From the IMG/VR virus record IMGVR_UViG_3300017716_002931, positions 31,213 through 95,212 of that record: a stretch of DNA of 64,000 nucleotides; one strand, given 5' to 3'. Below the pieces are notes generated by a model. The model was not told the DNA's origin, did not search any database, and worked only from the letters and a program-made list of their open reading frames with translations. Below are positions 1 to 9,757 of the stretch, piece after piece. Every line of letters starts with the position of its first letter. Positions within the stretch are counted from its first letter, which is position 1. The position numbers and the translations under genes were made by a program. The stretch is from a virus.

Positions 1-2653
1 ACTCTGATGCAGCAGCGGTGTTTTCACTTGGATAATCCCACTTCAAAACGTTATAGAAATCAATTAATTTGCTCTTCAATTCATGTTCATACAACGCGTC
101 TCTGTCAATGTATTTCTCAATAAACTGTAGAATCTTATCTGGATCCGTTCCGTCCGCTTTCAAAGCAATACATTCAATTCCATACTCGTTTCGTTTTACA
201 TAAACCCACTTGATCTTTTGTCCGTGGAAAATTGGAGGAATAATCTTGGTAAGATCGAACTGATCCAACAAGTCATTGTAACCTAACGCTGCCTTTACTT
301 GTGCAGGTGCTCCTCCAATCATTTGAAACGGTTGACGCTTCTTTGGATTATAGTCTTTCTTTTTGTCTCCACTATGAAACTTGACACTGGTGTTCTTTGC
401 AATATCAACCACACTCAAATCTTTCATGGATGCTTTAAAATCCAAAATGTTCTTGTCAATCACCGTCCTATCAACCTTCTTTAGGATATCAATCAAAAAT
501 GATCCCATGAACGTTCTGAACTTGGCAGGAAACGATGTTCTAACCACGTCGATTCCTTTGACTTCTAATTCATCACATACAAGTCCGCCCTTGTTGATGA
601 TTAACTGACAATAACGTTTCTTAGCAAGCCAAAAACTTGTCTTAGCAATAACTTCCTGTTTTGCATCAAAACGATGTCGTTCAACATTAAACATTCGTTT
701 TGCCATGATTGTGAACATTGTGTTCACATACGACTGAGTTTCACCACATACTTTCAAAATAGCCTCGGTCATCTTCTTTTCATCGTTGGTATCAAGATCA
801 GGCATAGTCTTCTGAATGATAGGCAATGCACTAGCAAAACACGAATCGGTGTCCACATAGATAACATAGTCTGTGTTAACGCCATCTTTTATTACCGACT
901 TATAATACTGATTGACCGATTTACTCGCAGTTTTAATGATATCAACACCCGTCAAAGTAACCGCCTCTGCATTGTCCTTATCATAGAATCGAAACACCGG
1001 AAGACCCAAACATCCATAAATGGAGTTGAGCAAAATCTTCTGCACTTTCTGACGTTGATCAAAAAACTCGTACTTTTCAATGTCTCCTTCTGCATGATAC
1101 TTGGTTGCCAACTTACGCATTTCTTTACGTTCATTGAACCACTTGATAAGAATACTTGGAATTGTACCCTCTTTACCATCTTCACTTGAAAGTCTGTAAA
1201 TAGCGCCATTGCTTGCTATACTCATATTAGAATCAATCAATAGACTCGACAACTCTTTGTGTGTATAAGCAGTGGAACCGACAAAATACTTGTTGACTTT
1301 TCCTTGAGAAAACATACGAGCGTTGTAACTATACAAACGTTGATCAATGTATTGTTCCAATGAAGTGTCTTTTTTAGCTGAATCGCTCAAATTGTTGTGA
1401 CTTTCAGTGAGTTCCAATTTTCTTTCGTCAATGTAACAGTCATCATATTCAATACGACCAATAACACCTACTTTAGTCTCAGGAGAAATGTTAAGTGAGA
1501 TGATGATATTTGGATACATCGATGTAAGATCCAAATCGTACACCCACTCGTAACGGCCAGGAATAGGATCTTTAACGTATGCTCCCTCAAATCCTTCTTC
1601 ATTGTCTTCCAATCTTTGTTCATATTCCTCACGTCCTTCAATAGGTTTATTTGGAGCAACACGTCCGTGTCTACGCAAATACATTAGAATTGCGCCTTCA
1701 AGATATCTAGATGAAGTTCCAAACTGTTCATAACCAACATGTCCCGTATGACAAATACGTCGGGCCAAATCAATAAACTGAACTTTCTTGTCAATGGCAA
1801 CAACAATCTTAACGTCATTCAAGTTGTAGTCAATATACTTCTGAATGTCTTCTTTATATAGATCATTCAAACTACCTCTGTAGCTAATCTTTTCCATCTT
1901 GACTACTTTTTTACCAATAGCACCAAGAGCGTAACTCGGTTCATTCTTTCCACTGAACTTCTGATACAGTGTCAAATAGTCCATGCTCGATACACCGGCA
2001 ATTACTATTCTTTTAGAGAATGTGTTATAGTAACATTCTTGAATCGGACTCAATCTCTTGGCAAATGAACTACCCATCACTCGCTTGATTCGATTGTACA
2101 AATAAGGAATGTCGAAGCCATCAACATTCCACCCCGTGATGATGGTTGGTTGAATCTCTTCCCACTTGGTCATGAAATGTCCAATTAGAGTTTCTTCATC
2201 TTGAAAACTCAAAATTACCGTCTCTTCCGTCTCAGAGTCTTGAAGCTTGCCTTCTTTGTCTAGAATATATGCCAAATACTTCTTTGAGATATTGTCATAC
2301 AAAGCAATAGCAGTGATTTCCTTGTCACCCTCTTCGATATTTGGAAATCCTCCTTCGGTACTTACCTCAATGTCAAAAAACAATATACGATGTCCTTTAG
2401 ACGGTTCATCGCTATCTTCATAAGCATCAATCAACACGCGAGTTTCAGTGGGAACATCTCCTTCAAAAATACTCGGATCATTACGATTGAAAAATGTTAC
2501 CTTTTCCAATTCATCACCCCAAACCGAACGATATCGTCCACCAGCCTTCTTACGATACGCATACTTTGGCATCTTAAATTGAAGATACCCCTTTTCATCA
2601 TCCCATAGGTGGACGATTTCATTCTTTTTGTCGATATAAATGTTTTGATACAT
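1..2653 (-). CDS. DNA polymerase family B (T4 gp43-like); 3' end runs off the window
   Basis: Absent from the ORF track because it is open at the edge. Manual translation from ATG 2653 (MYQNIYIDKK) gives exo I FFDIEVSTEGG, DLDLTSMYPNIIISLNISPET, QKILLNSIYG and YVDTDS motifs. Confidence 0.95.
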   Translation of the reverse strand, partial: MYQNIYIDKKNEIVHLWDDEKGYLQFKMPKYAYRKKAGGRYRSVWGDELEKVTFFNRNDPSIFEGDVPTETRVLIDAYEDSDEPSKGHRILFFDIEVSTEGGFPNIEEGDKEITAIALYDNISKKYLAYILDKEGKLQDSETEETVILSFQDEETLIGHFMTKWEEIQPTIITGWNVDGFDIPYLYNRIKRVMGSSFAKRLSPIQECYYNTFSKRIVIAGVSSMDYLTLYQKFSGKNEPSYALGAIGKKVVKMEKISYRGSLNDLYKEDIQKYIDYNLNDVKIVVAIDKKVQFIDLARRICHTGHVGYEQFGTSSRYLEGAILMYLRRHGRVAPNKPIEGREEYEQRLEDNEEGFEGAYVKDPIPGRYEWVYDLDLTSMYPNIIISLNISPETKVGVIGRIEYDDCYIDERKLELTESHNNLSDSAKKDTSLEQYIDQRLYSYNARMFSQGKVNKYFVGSTAYTHKELSSLLIDSNMSIASNGAIYRLSSEDGKEGTIPSILIKWFNERKEMRKLATKYHAEGDIEKYEFFDQRQKVQKILLNSIYGCLGLPVFRFYDKDNAEAVTLTGVDIIKTASKSVNQYYKSVIKDGVNTDYVIYVDTDSCFASALPIIQKTMPDLDTNDEKKMTEAILKVCGETQSYVNTMFTIMAKRMFNVERHRFDAKQEVIAKTSFWLAKKRYCQLIINKGGLVCDELEVKGIDVVRTSFPAKFRTFMGSFLIDILKKVDRTVIDKNILDFKASMKDLSVVDIAKNTSVKFHSGDKKKDYNPKKRQPFQMIGGAPAQVKAALGYNDLLDQFDLTKIIPPIFHGQKIKWVYVKRNEYGIECIALKADGTDPDKILQFIEKYIDRDALYEHELKSKLIDFYNVLKWDYPSENTAAASE

Positions 2654-2658
2654 AACTT

Positions 2659-2886
2659 TTAATTCATACCCATCTTGGATTTCAATCCATCATAAATGGG
2701 TCTATGTTCTTCTTTGATCAACGATTCTGCTGTTGATACACGATCCATCAACCGTTGTTTATTGATTGATGGGAACAGTGGCGGATCCAATTCAACCGTG
2801 GAAAGTATAGGATTAACCTTGTTGATGACATACCACAACATTGCGGTTTCATCTTCATTTAAAGAATGTAGCTGTTCTAACGTCAT
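2659..2886 (-). CDS. hypothetical protein (75 aa)
   Basis: ORF directly upstream of polB, preceded by TTGACA-N17-TAGCCT. Confidence 0.7.
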   Translation of the reverse strand: MTLEQLHSLNEDETAMLWYVINKVNPILSTVELDPPLFPSINKQRLMDRVSTAESLIKEEHRPIYDGLKSKMGMN

Positions 2887-2892
2887 TCTATC

Positions 2893-2921
2893 AGGCTAGT
2901 CCACACCGTATCACTTGTCAA
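2893..2921 (-). promoter_or_regulatory. sigma70-like promoter, leaderless configuration
   Basis: TTGACA(2921-2916)-17 nt-TAGCCT(2898-2893), 6 nt before ATG 2886. Confidence 0.55.
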
Positions 2922-3676
2922 TTTATTCTAACTCCCATGACTGTTTTATCCACCACAATAAATCTAAATTGAATGGCAGATTCCTCGATTGAGTTCACAC
3001 CCAATAGATAGGATTCAGCATCCGCATTTGCTGTTTCTTTTATTGTGAAAATATTACCTCTCTTGAATGAGGTATCTACGCCACGACCTTGAAACTTAGG
3101 AGCGGGAACAATGACGGCGGTGTGTTTGGCCTTCACAGTTTCCTTTTTCTTAGAAGAATTGTCCAAAACCAATACTGATCCATCCAGAACAACAATCACC
3201 GTTGTGCGGTCATCTGCGCTTATTACGTACTTGCCTTTAGTGAGCATCACAGAAACCAATGTGGTGTTGATAGTAGCCAAAGCGTCGGCACCATCTTTTT
3301 GTTGAGATACTACCTCCAATTCACCTTCAATCAAAGACAGAGAACTTACATATGATGAATATTGAACTTTTGCTGGCAGACTATCAATGTTGGATATGGT
3401 TTGATCGAAATTATCAAAAGTCAAATGTGTGGATTCTTTTGCTTTGATATATATGTCATTTGAAAGAAACACGGTCACCTCTGAGTTTGTTCCAGTTTTA
3501 ACCGCATAGTTTTGTTTGTTTATTGAATATGTCTGTCCTACCGTTGGGGCATTGGTTGACAAAACATTGTTTACGACGTTCTCAAGAGAAACGGTTCCGT
3601 TTTGTTTTTCTACAAAAAACACTCCCTGTGCCATGATGTTGAGAGTGAAAAGAAATGTAAGTATTATGGTTTTCAT
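2918..3676 (-). CDS. secreted FecR-domain protein
   Basis: Likely start MKTIILTFLFTLNIMAQG (signal peptide). VKTGTNSEVTVFLSN..IKAKESTHL and LIEGELEV..VLDGSV match the FecR pattern. The track start at 3802 overlaps the next gene. Confidence 0.65.
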   Translation of the reverse strand: MKTIILTFLFTLNIMAQGVFFVEKQNGTVSLENVVNNVLSTNAPTVGQTYSINKQNYAVKTGTNSEVTVFLSNDIYIKAKESTHLTFDNFDQTISNIDSLPAKVQYSSYVSSLSLIEGELEVVSQQKDGADALATINTTLVSVMLTKGKYVISADDRTTVIVVLDGSVLVLDNSSKKKETVKAKHTAVIVPAPKFQGRGVDTSFKRGNIFTIKETANADAESYLLGVNSIEESAIQFRFIVVDKTVMGVRIN

Positions 3677-3724
3677 TGGATATAAGTAGTAGACTTTACG
3701 ATTTGACTGTGGTACAGTATAAAT

Positions 3725-4621
3725 ATGTCTGATAAAATAGAAGAAAAAAACAAAAAGCGGGTCAGTTTTTCCCAATATTCTGGTTGGTTCAAATGCCCAC
3801 ATAGTTGGTACTTGAACTATTTGAAAGGTTTGCGTGTTTACGAAGCTAGTTTAAACACCTGTTTCGGTACAGCCATACACAACACACTTCAGAATTATAT
3901 CAAAACCCTTTACACCGAGGGCGTTGAGAAAGCTGATGAAATCAATCTAAACGCTGAATTCCGTGTGGATTTCAAGAAAATTCTAGATGAAAACAAAGAG
4001 ATCCTTCAATACACAGAAGATGAATTCAAAGAGTTTTCTTTCGACGGAGAAGATATTCTTAACACGTTCATGAGTTCTGCCAATAGACTCAAACATTTTC
4101 CGAGTCGCAAATACGAATTCATTGGAGTTGAAGTTCCCATCGAACTTACAATCAAGAACAACATTGATTTCATTGCATACGTTGATCTTATTCTGAAAGA
4201 TAAGACAACCGGTCGATACAAGATTTGGGATTTCAAGACCAGTTCCAGTGGATGGAATAGTTACATGAAAGAAGATGAGAGCAAGTATTCTCAGTTGCTT
4301 TTGTACAAGGCATTTTATTCAAAGAAGTTTGAAGTTCCGCTTGATAAGATTGATGTCGAGTTTTACATCCTCAAGCGAAAACTGTTTGAGAACAGCAATT
4401 TTCCACAAAACCGCATTCAAATTTTTGAACCGTCTCATGGAAAACAGTTCATTTCTAAATCAGTTGTGAACTTCACTCAGTTTATCGATGAGTGTTTTAC
4501 AAAAGAAGGTCAATACAATGAAACTGGAAGTTATCCGAAAGTTCCAGGCAAAAACAAAAAACATTGTAAGTATTGCAGTCACTACAAAAAGAATTGTGAT
4601 GCGAAGGCAGATAAAGACTAA
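3725..4621 (+). CDS. PD-(D/E)XK exonuclease, Cas4/AddB-like
   Basis: SFSQ..CP, FGTAIH, EVPI..YVDLI..DFKTS, QLLLY and C-terminal CKYC..C Fe-S cysteines. Confidence 0.85.
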   Translation: MSDKIEEKNKKRVSFSQYSGWFKCPHSWYLNYLKGLRVYEASLNTCFGTAIHNTLQNYIKTLYTEGVEKADEINLNAEFRVDFKKILDENKEILQYTEDEFKEFSFDGEDILNTFMSSANRLKHFPSRKYEFIGVEVPIELTIKNNIDFIAYVDLILKDKTTGRYKIWDFKTSSSGWNSYMKEDESKYSQLLLYKAFYSKKFEVPLDKIDVEFYILKRKLFENSNFPQNRIQIFEPSHGKQFISKSVVNFTQFIDECFTKEGQYNETGSYPKVPGKNKKHCKYCSHYKKNCDAKADKD

Positions 4622-4640
4622 TTAAAAAAACCAAACATCG

Positions 4641-4654
4641 TATATGCGCATATA
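4641..4654. promoter_or_regulatory. perfect 14-bp palindrome, candidate operator
   Basis: TATATGCGCATATA immediately upstream of a small RHH-like gene heading the GT operon. Confidence 0.35.
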
Positions 4655-4657
4655 TGT

Positions 4658-4903
4658 ATGATGAACGTTATGTCATCAAAAGCATTTACTAGTGTTAAGG
4701 TCGATAAAGAGGCCTACGAACAATTCAAACAACTATCTCAAGTTAAGAAGTTCCATCTACAAGACTTGGTAAACAGATCATTGCATTTGTTTACCAAGGA
4801 TTCTTTATTTAGAGATCAAATCTACAACTATCAGGTGCCGGTACTGTCTGAAGAAAGTCAGGCAACTATTCTACCGTCAACTACAACCGAACAGTCTTCG
4901 TAA
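4658..4903 (+). CDS. small ribbon-helix-helix-like DNA-binding protein
   Basis: TSVKVDKEAYEQFKQLS..LQDLVNRSLHLF: beta strand followed by two helices. Confidence 0.55.
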   Translation: MMNVMSSKAFTSVKVDKEAYEQFKQLSQVKKFHLQDLVNRSLHLFTKDSLFRDQIYNYQVPVLSEESQATILPSTTTEQSS

Positions 4904-4905
4904 TT

Positions 4906-5448
4906 ATGGCAAAGAAAAAGATACTACTATTAAGCGACGATCTTAGAATGCACAGCGGTGTATCAACCATGTCAAGGGAACTTATAATGGGGTCAGTACA
5001 TCATTATGATTGGGTTCAAATTGGTGGTGCAAGAGAACACCCAGATGCAGGAAAAGTATTTGATCTCAACGATCAGGCCAGAAAACAAACAGGTGTGCAA
5101 GACGCATACGTGATGGTTTATGCAACAAAGGGTTATGGTAGCGAAGATTTATTGTTTTCAGTCATGGCCAAAGAAAAGCCCGATGCAATCATGCACTTCA
5201 CCGATCCAAGATATTGGAGGTGGTTGTATGCTCTCGAACGGGAAATCAGAAAGAAGACTCCCATCACATATTTAAACATTTGGGACGATCTTCCATATCC
5301 AATGTGGAACAAACCGTTTTATCAAAGTTGTGACTCATTGTTTAGTATCAGCAAACAGACCTACAACATCAACAAGTGGGTTCTCGGACCAGAAAATTGT
5401 ACCACCGTTAATGGAGATCTCGATAAAGAAGGAAATCTATGTCAGTAA
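4906..5448 (+). CDS. GT-B (GT4-like) glycosyltransferase, N-terminal domain
   Basis: KKILLLSDD..SGV, PDAIMHFTDPRYW, WDDLP, FSISKQT; no C-terminal Rossmann domain. Confidence 0.75.
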   Translation: MAKKKILLLSDDLRMHSGVSTMSRELIMGSVHHYDWVQIGGAREHPDAGKVFDLNDQARKQTGVQDAYVMVYATKGYGSEDLLFSVMAKEKPDAIMHFTDPRYWRWLYALEREIRKKTPITYLNIWDDLPYPMWNKPFYQSCDSLFSISKQTYNINKWVLGPENCTTVNGDLDKEGNLCQ

Positions 5449-6422
5449 AAGGAAAAACACTATTACATTACGTACCACACGGAATCAACGAAAACGTATT
5501 TAAACCTCTACCAGAGAATGACAAAGCGTTGAGTGAGGGTAAGAAACGTTTCTATAATGGAAAGACATATGATTATGCTGTGTTTTTCAATAGTAGAAAC
5601 ACAAAACGAAAACAAGTATCAAACCTGATTCTCGCATTTAAACTATTCTGTGATAGTTTACCAAAAGCAAAATCAGAACGATGCTGTTTGATTTTGCATA
5701 CAGAAATCATTGGTCAACACGGTCATGGTACAGATTTGCTTGCAGTTAAAGAAGCAATTTGTAGAGATTATGCGGTGTATTTTTCCCAAAAGAAAATCAC
5801 TCCAGATGAAATGAATCTCATGTACAATTTGGCAGATGTTACCATTAGTATTTCTAGCAATGAAGGATTTGGACTTAGTATTGCTGAATCTATCATGGCT
5901 GGTACTCCTGTTATTACAAATGTTACGGGTGGTCTTCAAGATCAAATCGGTCAACTAAATGACGAAGGAACCCCCGTGGAATTTACCCGTGAGTTTGGTT
6001 CTAACAACTGTGGTAGATACAAAACGCATGGTGTGTGGGCAAAACCTGTTTGGCCTTCGGCAATCGACATGCATGGAAGTGTTGAAACTCCATATATTTT
6101 TGACGATATGTTATACACATCAGATGTTGCTGACGCACTCATGTATTGGTATCTCGCGGGCTCTGAAACCCGTGAGAAGTGTGGGGTTGAAGGACGCAGA
6201 TGGGCACTAAATGAAGGTGGATTGAATGCACGTAACATGTGTGATCAATTGATCAAAGCAATGGACTTTACCATTGAAAACTTTGTTCCTGTATCTTCGT
6301 TCAGTATTCATAATACCGATGAGTATGTAAACCAAGTACAGCCAGAAAATCAAATTGGAGTGCCGTTCCGACCTGTGGATATCAACAAAATTCAAGAAGA
6401 GGTAAATAAGAAATTAGTATGA
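5439..6422 (+). CDS. GT-B (GT4-like) glycosyltransferase, C-terminal domain
   Basis: YVPHGIN, SRNTKRK, YNLADV..SSNEGFGLSIAES (EX7E motif); SD AGAAGGA before the ATG. Confidence 0.85.
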   Translation: MSVKGKTLLHYVPHGINENVFKPLPENDKALSEGKKRFYNGKTYDYAVFFNSRNTKRKQVSNLILAFKLFCDSLPKAKSERCCLILHTEIIGQHGHGTDLLAVKEAICRDYAVYFSQKKITPDEMNLMYNLADVTISISSNEGFGLSIAESIMAGTPVITNVTGGLQDQIGQLNDEGTPVEFTREFGSNNCGRYKTHGVWAKPVWPSAIDMHGSVETPYIFDDMLYTSDVADALMYWYLAGSETREKCGVEGRRWALNEGGLNARNMCDQLIKAMDFTIENFVPVSSFSIHNTDEYVNQVQPENQIGVPFRPVDINKIQEEVNKKLV

Positions 6423-7009
6423 ACATCAAAAAATTATCTGAAAAAGCAGTGATTCCGACCAAAGGCAGTTCTGGTGCTGCTGGTTATGACTTGTACACCA
6501 CGGAGTCATACGAATTAAAGCCCGGCGAACGTAAAGCATTCAAAACAGATGTTGCAATTGCAATTCCCGAGGGATTCTACGGTAGAGTTGCTCCACGCAG
6601 TGGACTTGCTGTAAAACATGGAATAGACGTACTAGCCGGTGTCATTGACAGTGATTATCGTGGAGAGATTCTGGTAGCACTTATCAACCTAAGTGATACT
6701 CCAATCTTACTTCCTATAATTAAAGATGGCAAGGAAACAGCTGTCGCACAAATCATATTTGAATCGTGTGCAACAGTCGTCAACGGATTCAGTGTAGTTG
6801 ATGATTTAACTGATACACAACGTGGTACGGATGGATTTGGAAGCAGCGACAACAAAAAGGTTGTTGATAACGCTGTTCCGTCAAACAATTCCAATCCTTC
6901 ACGTAAAACTATTGAAGATCTACTCAAACAAAAAGAAGTAGAATTTCAGGTGGGTCAAAAATATTCAGAAGCAATTCGTGATAGAGACAATAAACTTTTC
7001 AACAAATAA
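6419..7009 (+). CDS. dut: trimeric dUTPase with C-terminal extension
   Basis: AGYDL, APRSGLA, GVIDSDYRGE, AQII and RGTDGFGSS motifs. Confidence 0.95.
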   Translation: MNIKKLSEKAVIPTKGSSGAAGYDLYTTESYELKPGERKAFKTDVAIAIPEGFYGRVAPRSGLAVKHGIDVLAGVIDSDYRGEILVALINLSDTPILLPIIKDGKETAVAQIIFESCATVVNGFSVVDDLTDTQRGTDGFGSSDNKKVVDNAVPSNNSNPSRKTIEDLLKQKEVEFQVGQKYSEAIRDRDNKLFNK

Positions 7010-7010
7010 T

Positions 7011-9095
7011 ATGAGCAAACCATTGTGTGTTATACAAGCACCAGTCTTTAGTCGTAGTGGATACGGAGATTGGTCAAAAGAAGTTGTCAAAAGCGTTATT
7101 CGATATGACAAGTTTGATGTACGAATCGCTGCAACAAAGTGGGGTGGAAACGTAATCAAACGTACCGATGAAGAATTGGATCCATCAGATCCAATGAACA
7201 AGGTGTTGTTTGAAAAGACACTTCGAGAACCACTTAATAGACAACCAGACGTGTTTATTCAAATCTCCATTCCAAACGAATTCAATCCAATTGGCAAGTA
7301 CAACATTGGTATGACAGCAGGAATTGAAACCACAGCTGCAGCGGGTGAGTGGATTGAAGGATTGAACCGTATGAACGTGAACATCGTCACCTCAAAACAT
7401 TCAAAAAAGGTGTTTGTTGAGGCGGATTATACCCGAGAATACAAAGACGGCAGCGGAAGAAAGGAACCACTGCGTTCAGAAAAACCAATGGAAGTATGTT
7501 TCTGGGGTGCTAATACCAACGTATATAAACGCACCGACGAGAAGGTTGAGTCAATCGAAAAGATTATGTCAACCATTCCTGAGACGTTTGCGTTCTTGTT
7601 TGTTGGTCAGTGGACAAGTGCGGGTGCGTTTCACGATAGAAAAGATATTGGAAACCTAATAAAGACATTTCTAGAAACATTCAAGGATCGTGATCAAAAA
7701 CCGTGTTTGATTTTAAAGACGAGTGGAACAAATTTCTCAAAAATAGATCTCAACGAAACTCTCAACCGAATCAAGGTTGTAGAAACAATGGTACAAGGAG
7801 ATTTGCCAAAGGTATATTTGGTTCATGGTGAATTGAATGATGTAGAAATGAACGCACTCTATAACCATGAAAAAGTCAAGTGTCACATATCGTTCACGCA
7901 CGGTGAAGGATTTGGTCACCCACTACTACTTGCCTCTTTGAGTGGAAAACCCGTTCTTGCACCAAACTGGAGTGGCCAGTTGGACTTTTTGTCGTCAGTT
8001 CCAGATAACCTTTTTCAAGGTAAACTTGAACAACTAAATCCGGCATCAGTAAACCAATGGTTGATCAAAGACTCTGCTTGGTTCGTAGTATCAAACGGAC
8101 TCGCAGAAGATAAACTAAAACGAGCGTTTTTTGGTATGACTCAGAAGTCAAAAGACAAGTCAATTGAACTTGCTGAAAAAAACTCAAAAGACTTTTCGTT
8201 AGAATCGATGGACAAAGTTCTCCACGGAATTCTCGACACGTATGTTCCCGAGTTCGCTGTTGAACAAAAAATTGTGATTCCACGACTGATATTACCAACT
8301 TCTAACTCACCATCACTCGAATTTTTACAAGAAATCATCACATATAATTTAAATCAACCAAAAATTAGGTTTGGCAGAGAACAAGATGGTGGATATGTGT
8401 TATCAAATTATAAACTGGATGAAATAGAATCGGTTTATAGTTTTGGTGTGGATTGTGAAATGGAAATGGAAAAACAATTTAATAAAATTAATCCTAAAGC
8501 AAAAATACATTTATATGACCCAGCGGAAAAAATAGGATATTCTAGGTTCGATCATACCAAACACACAGAATTTCTAAAAAATCTACCAAGAGAATATTGT
8601 ACATTTGAAAGTATCGGTGTATGTGCAGAAAAAAATTCTTCTGATGTATTAAAATCATTAAATTATTTAATTGATAAAAATGGAGATTCAAATAAGAAAT
8701 TACTTCTTAAAATGGACATTGAAGGTGGTGAATTTGAAGTATTAAATGATGTAAAAAATGAAGTCTTAAACAAATTTCAACAGATGACTATTGAATTTCA
8801 TTTTGATTTATCTGGAAATGATTCAACGTTTTCCTTATATAGAAACGTATTCAAGAAATTGAATTCCATCTTTAATATATTTCATATTCATGCCAACAAC
8901 TATGGAATGGTTAAAAATATAAACGGTTATGACATACCAAGTGTTATGGAAATAAGTTTTGCGAATAAATCACTATTCACAAACTCTGTTTTATCAAAAA
9001 CATCAAACGAAGGAACTGAATATTTAGATTTTCCTAATAATGTGAATGCTCCCGAAATACAATTGGTGTCTTGGCCGTTTGTTAGAAATGTATAA
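7011..9095 (+). CDS. GT-B glycosyltransferase fused to an FkbM/Methyltransf_22-like methyltransferase
   Basis: N part: APVFSRSGYG, FVGQW..DRKD, HGEGFGHPLL. C part: RFGREQDGGY, YSFGV, LKMDIEGGEF, HIHANN. Confidence 0.8.
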   Translation: MSKPLCVIQAPVFSRSGYGDWSKEVVKSVIRYDKFDVRIAATKWGGNVIKRTDEELDPSDPMNKVLFEKTLREPLNRQPDVFIQISIPNEFNPIGKYNIGMTAGIETTAAAGEWIEGLNRMNVNIVTSKHSKKVFVEADYTREYKDGSGRKEPLRSEKPMEVCFWGANTNVYKRTDEKVESIEKIMSTIPETFAFLFVGQWTSAGAFHDRKDIGNLIKTFLETFKDRDQKPCLILKTSGTNFSKIDLNETLNRIKVVETMVQGDLPKVYLVHGELNDVEMNALYNHEKVKCHISFTHGEGFGHPLLLASLSGKPVLAPNWSGQLDFLSSVPDNLFQGKLEQLNPASVNQWLIKDSAWFVVSNGLAEDKLKRAFFGMTQKSKDKSIELAEKNSKDFSLESMDKVLHGILDTYVPEFAVEQKIVIPRLILPTSNSPSLEFLQEIITYNLNQPKIRFGREQDGGYVLSNYKLDEIESVYSFGVDCEMEMEKQFNKINPKAKIHLYDPAEKIGYSRFDHTKHTEFLKNLPREYCTFESIGVCAEKNSSDVLKSLNYLIDKNGDSNKKLLLKMDIEGGEFEVLNDVKNEVLNKFQQMTIEFHFDLSGNDSTFSLYRNVFKKLNSIFNIFHIHANNYGMVKNINGYDIPSVMEISFANKSLFTNSVLSKTSNEGTEYLDFPNNVNAPEIQLVSWPFVRNV

Positions 9096-9097
9096 TC

Positions 9098-9757
9098 ATG
9101 AATAATTCCCCATTTATATCATTTTTAGTAACGTGTCATAACGAGGGTGAACAACTCCGTCGTTTGTTGAATCTTCTTACAAAATACAACGATGGTAATG
9201 AGATAGTGATATTGGATGATTACTCTGATGACAAAGATACAGCGGACGTATTACATGAATATCAATCAGTTGTTGGTGTCAAATTGGTTGCGCATCATCT
9301 CGACAAAAACTACGGAGAACATAAAAATTACGGAAACTCTTATTGTAAAGGAAAATACATCTTTCAAATTGACGCAGATGAACTTCCCAACGAGGTTCTA
9401 CTTGATAATCTAAAATCCATTCTAGAATCAAACTCTGCAACCGAGATGTTTTGGGTTTCCAGGGCAAATAACTTTGTTGGAATAACTCCACTGGATATTA
9501 AAACATGGGGATGGAGAGTCAATGATCGTAATCATGTAAACTGGCCTGATTATCAGTCTCGTATTTACAAAAATCTATCCCATATCAAATGGGAGAGAAA
9601 ATTGCACGAAACCATTATTGGAATGAAGAGTTTTGCAAAGTTACCTGCACAAGAAGAACTATCTTTATATCACGAAAAAACTATAGAGAAACAACGTAGT
9701 GATAACCAACGATACACAAAAGATTTTAACGTTAACGACAACATTAGGAAAAAATGA
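9098..9757 (+). CDS. glycosyltransferase family 2
   Basis: ISFLVTCHNE, LDDYSDD, FQIDADE, PDYQSRI, LHE. Confidence 0.9.
   Translation: MNNSPFISFLVTCHNEGEQLRRLLNLLTKYNDGNEIVILDDYSDDKDTADVLHEYQSVVGVKLVAHHLDKNYGEHKNYGNSYCKGKYIFQIDADELPNEVLLDNLKSILESNSATEMFWVSRANNFVGITPLDIKTWGWRVNDRNHVNWPDYQSRIYKNLSHIKWERKLHETIIGMKSFAKLPAQEELSLYHEKTIEKQRSDNQRYTKDFNVNDNIRKK

Noticed and set aside
299-2608. Short track ORFs within the first 2.6 kb, and similar antisense ORFs elsewhere
   Set aside because: They are shadow frames of polB and other well-supported genes
3725-4621. CRISPR-Cas adaptation module
   Set aside because: Solo Cas4-like nuclease; no cas1, cas2 or array in the window
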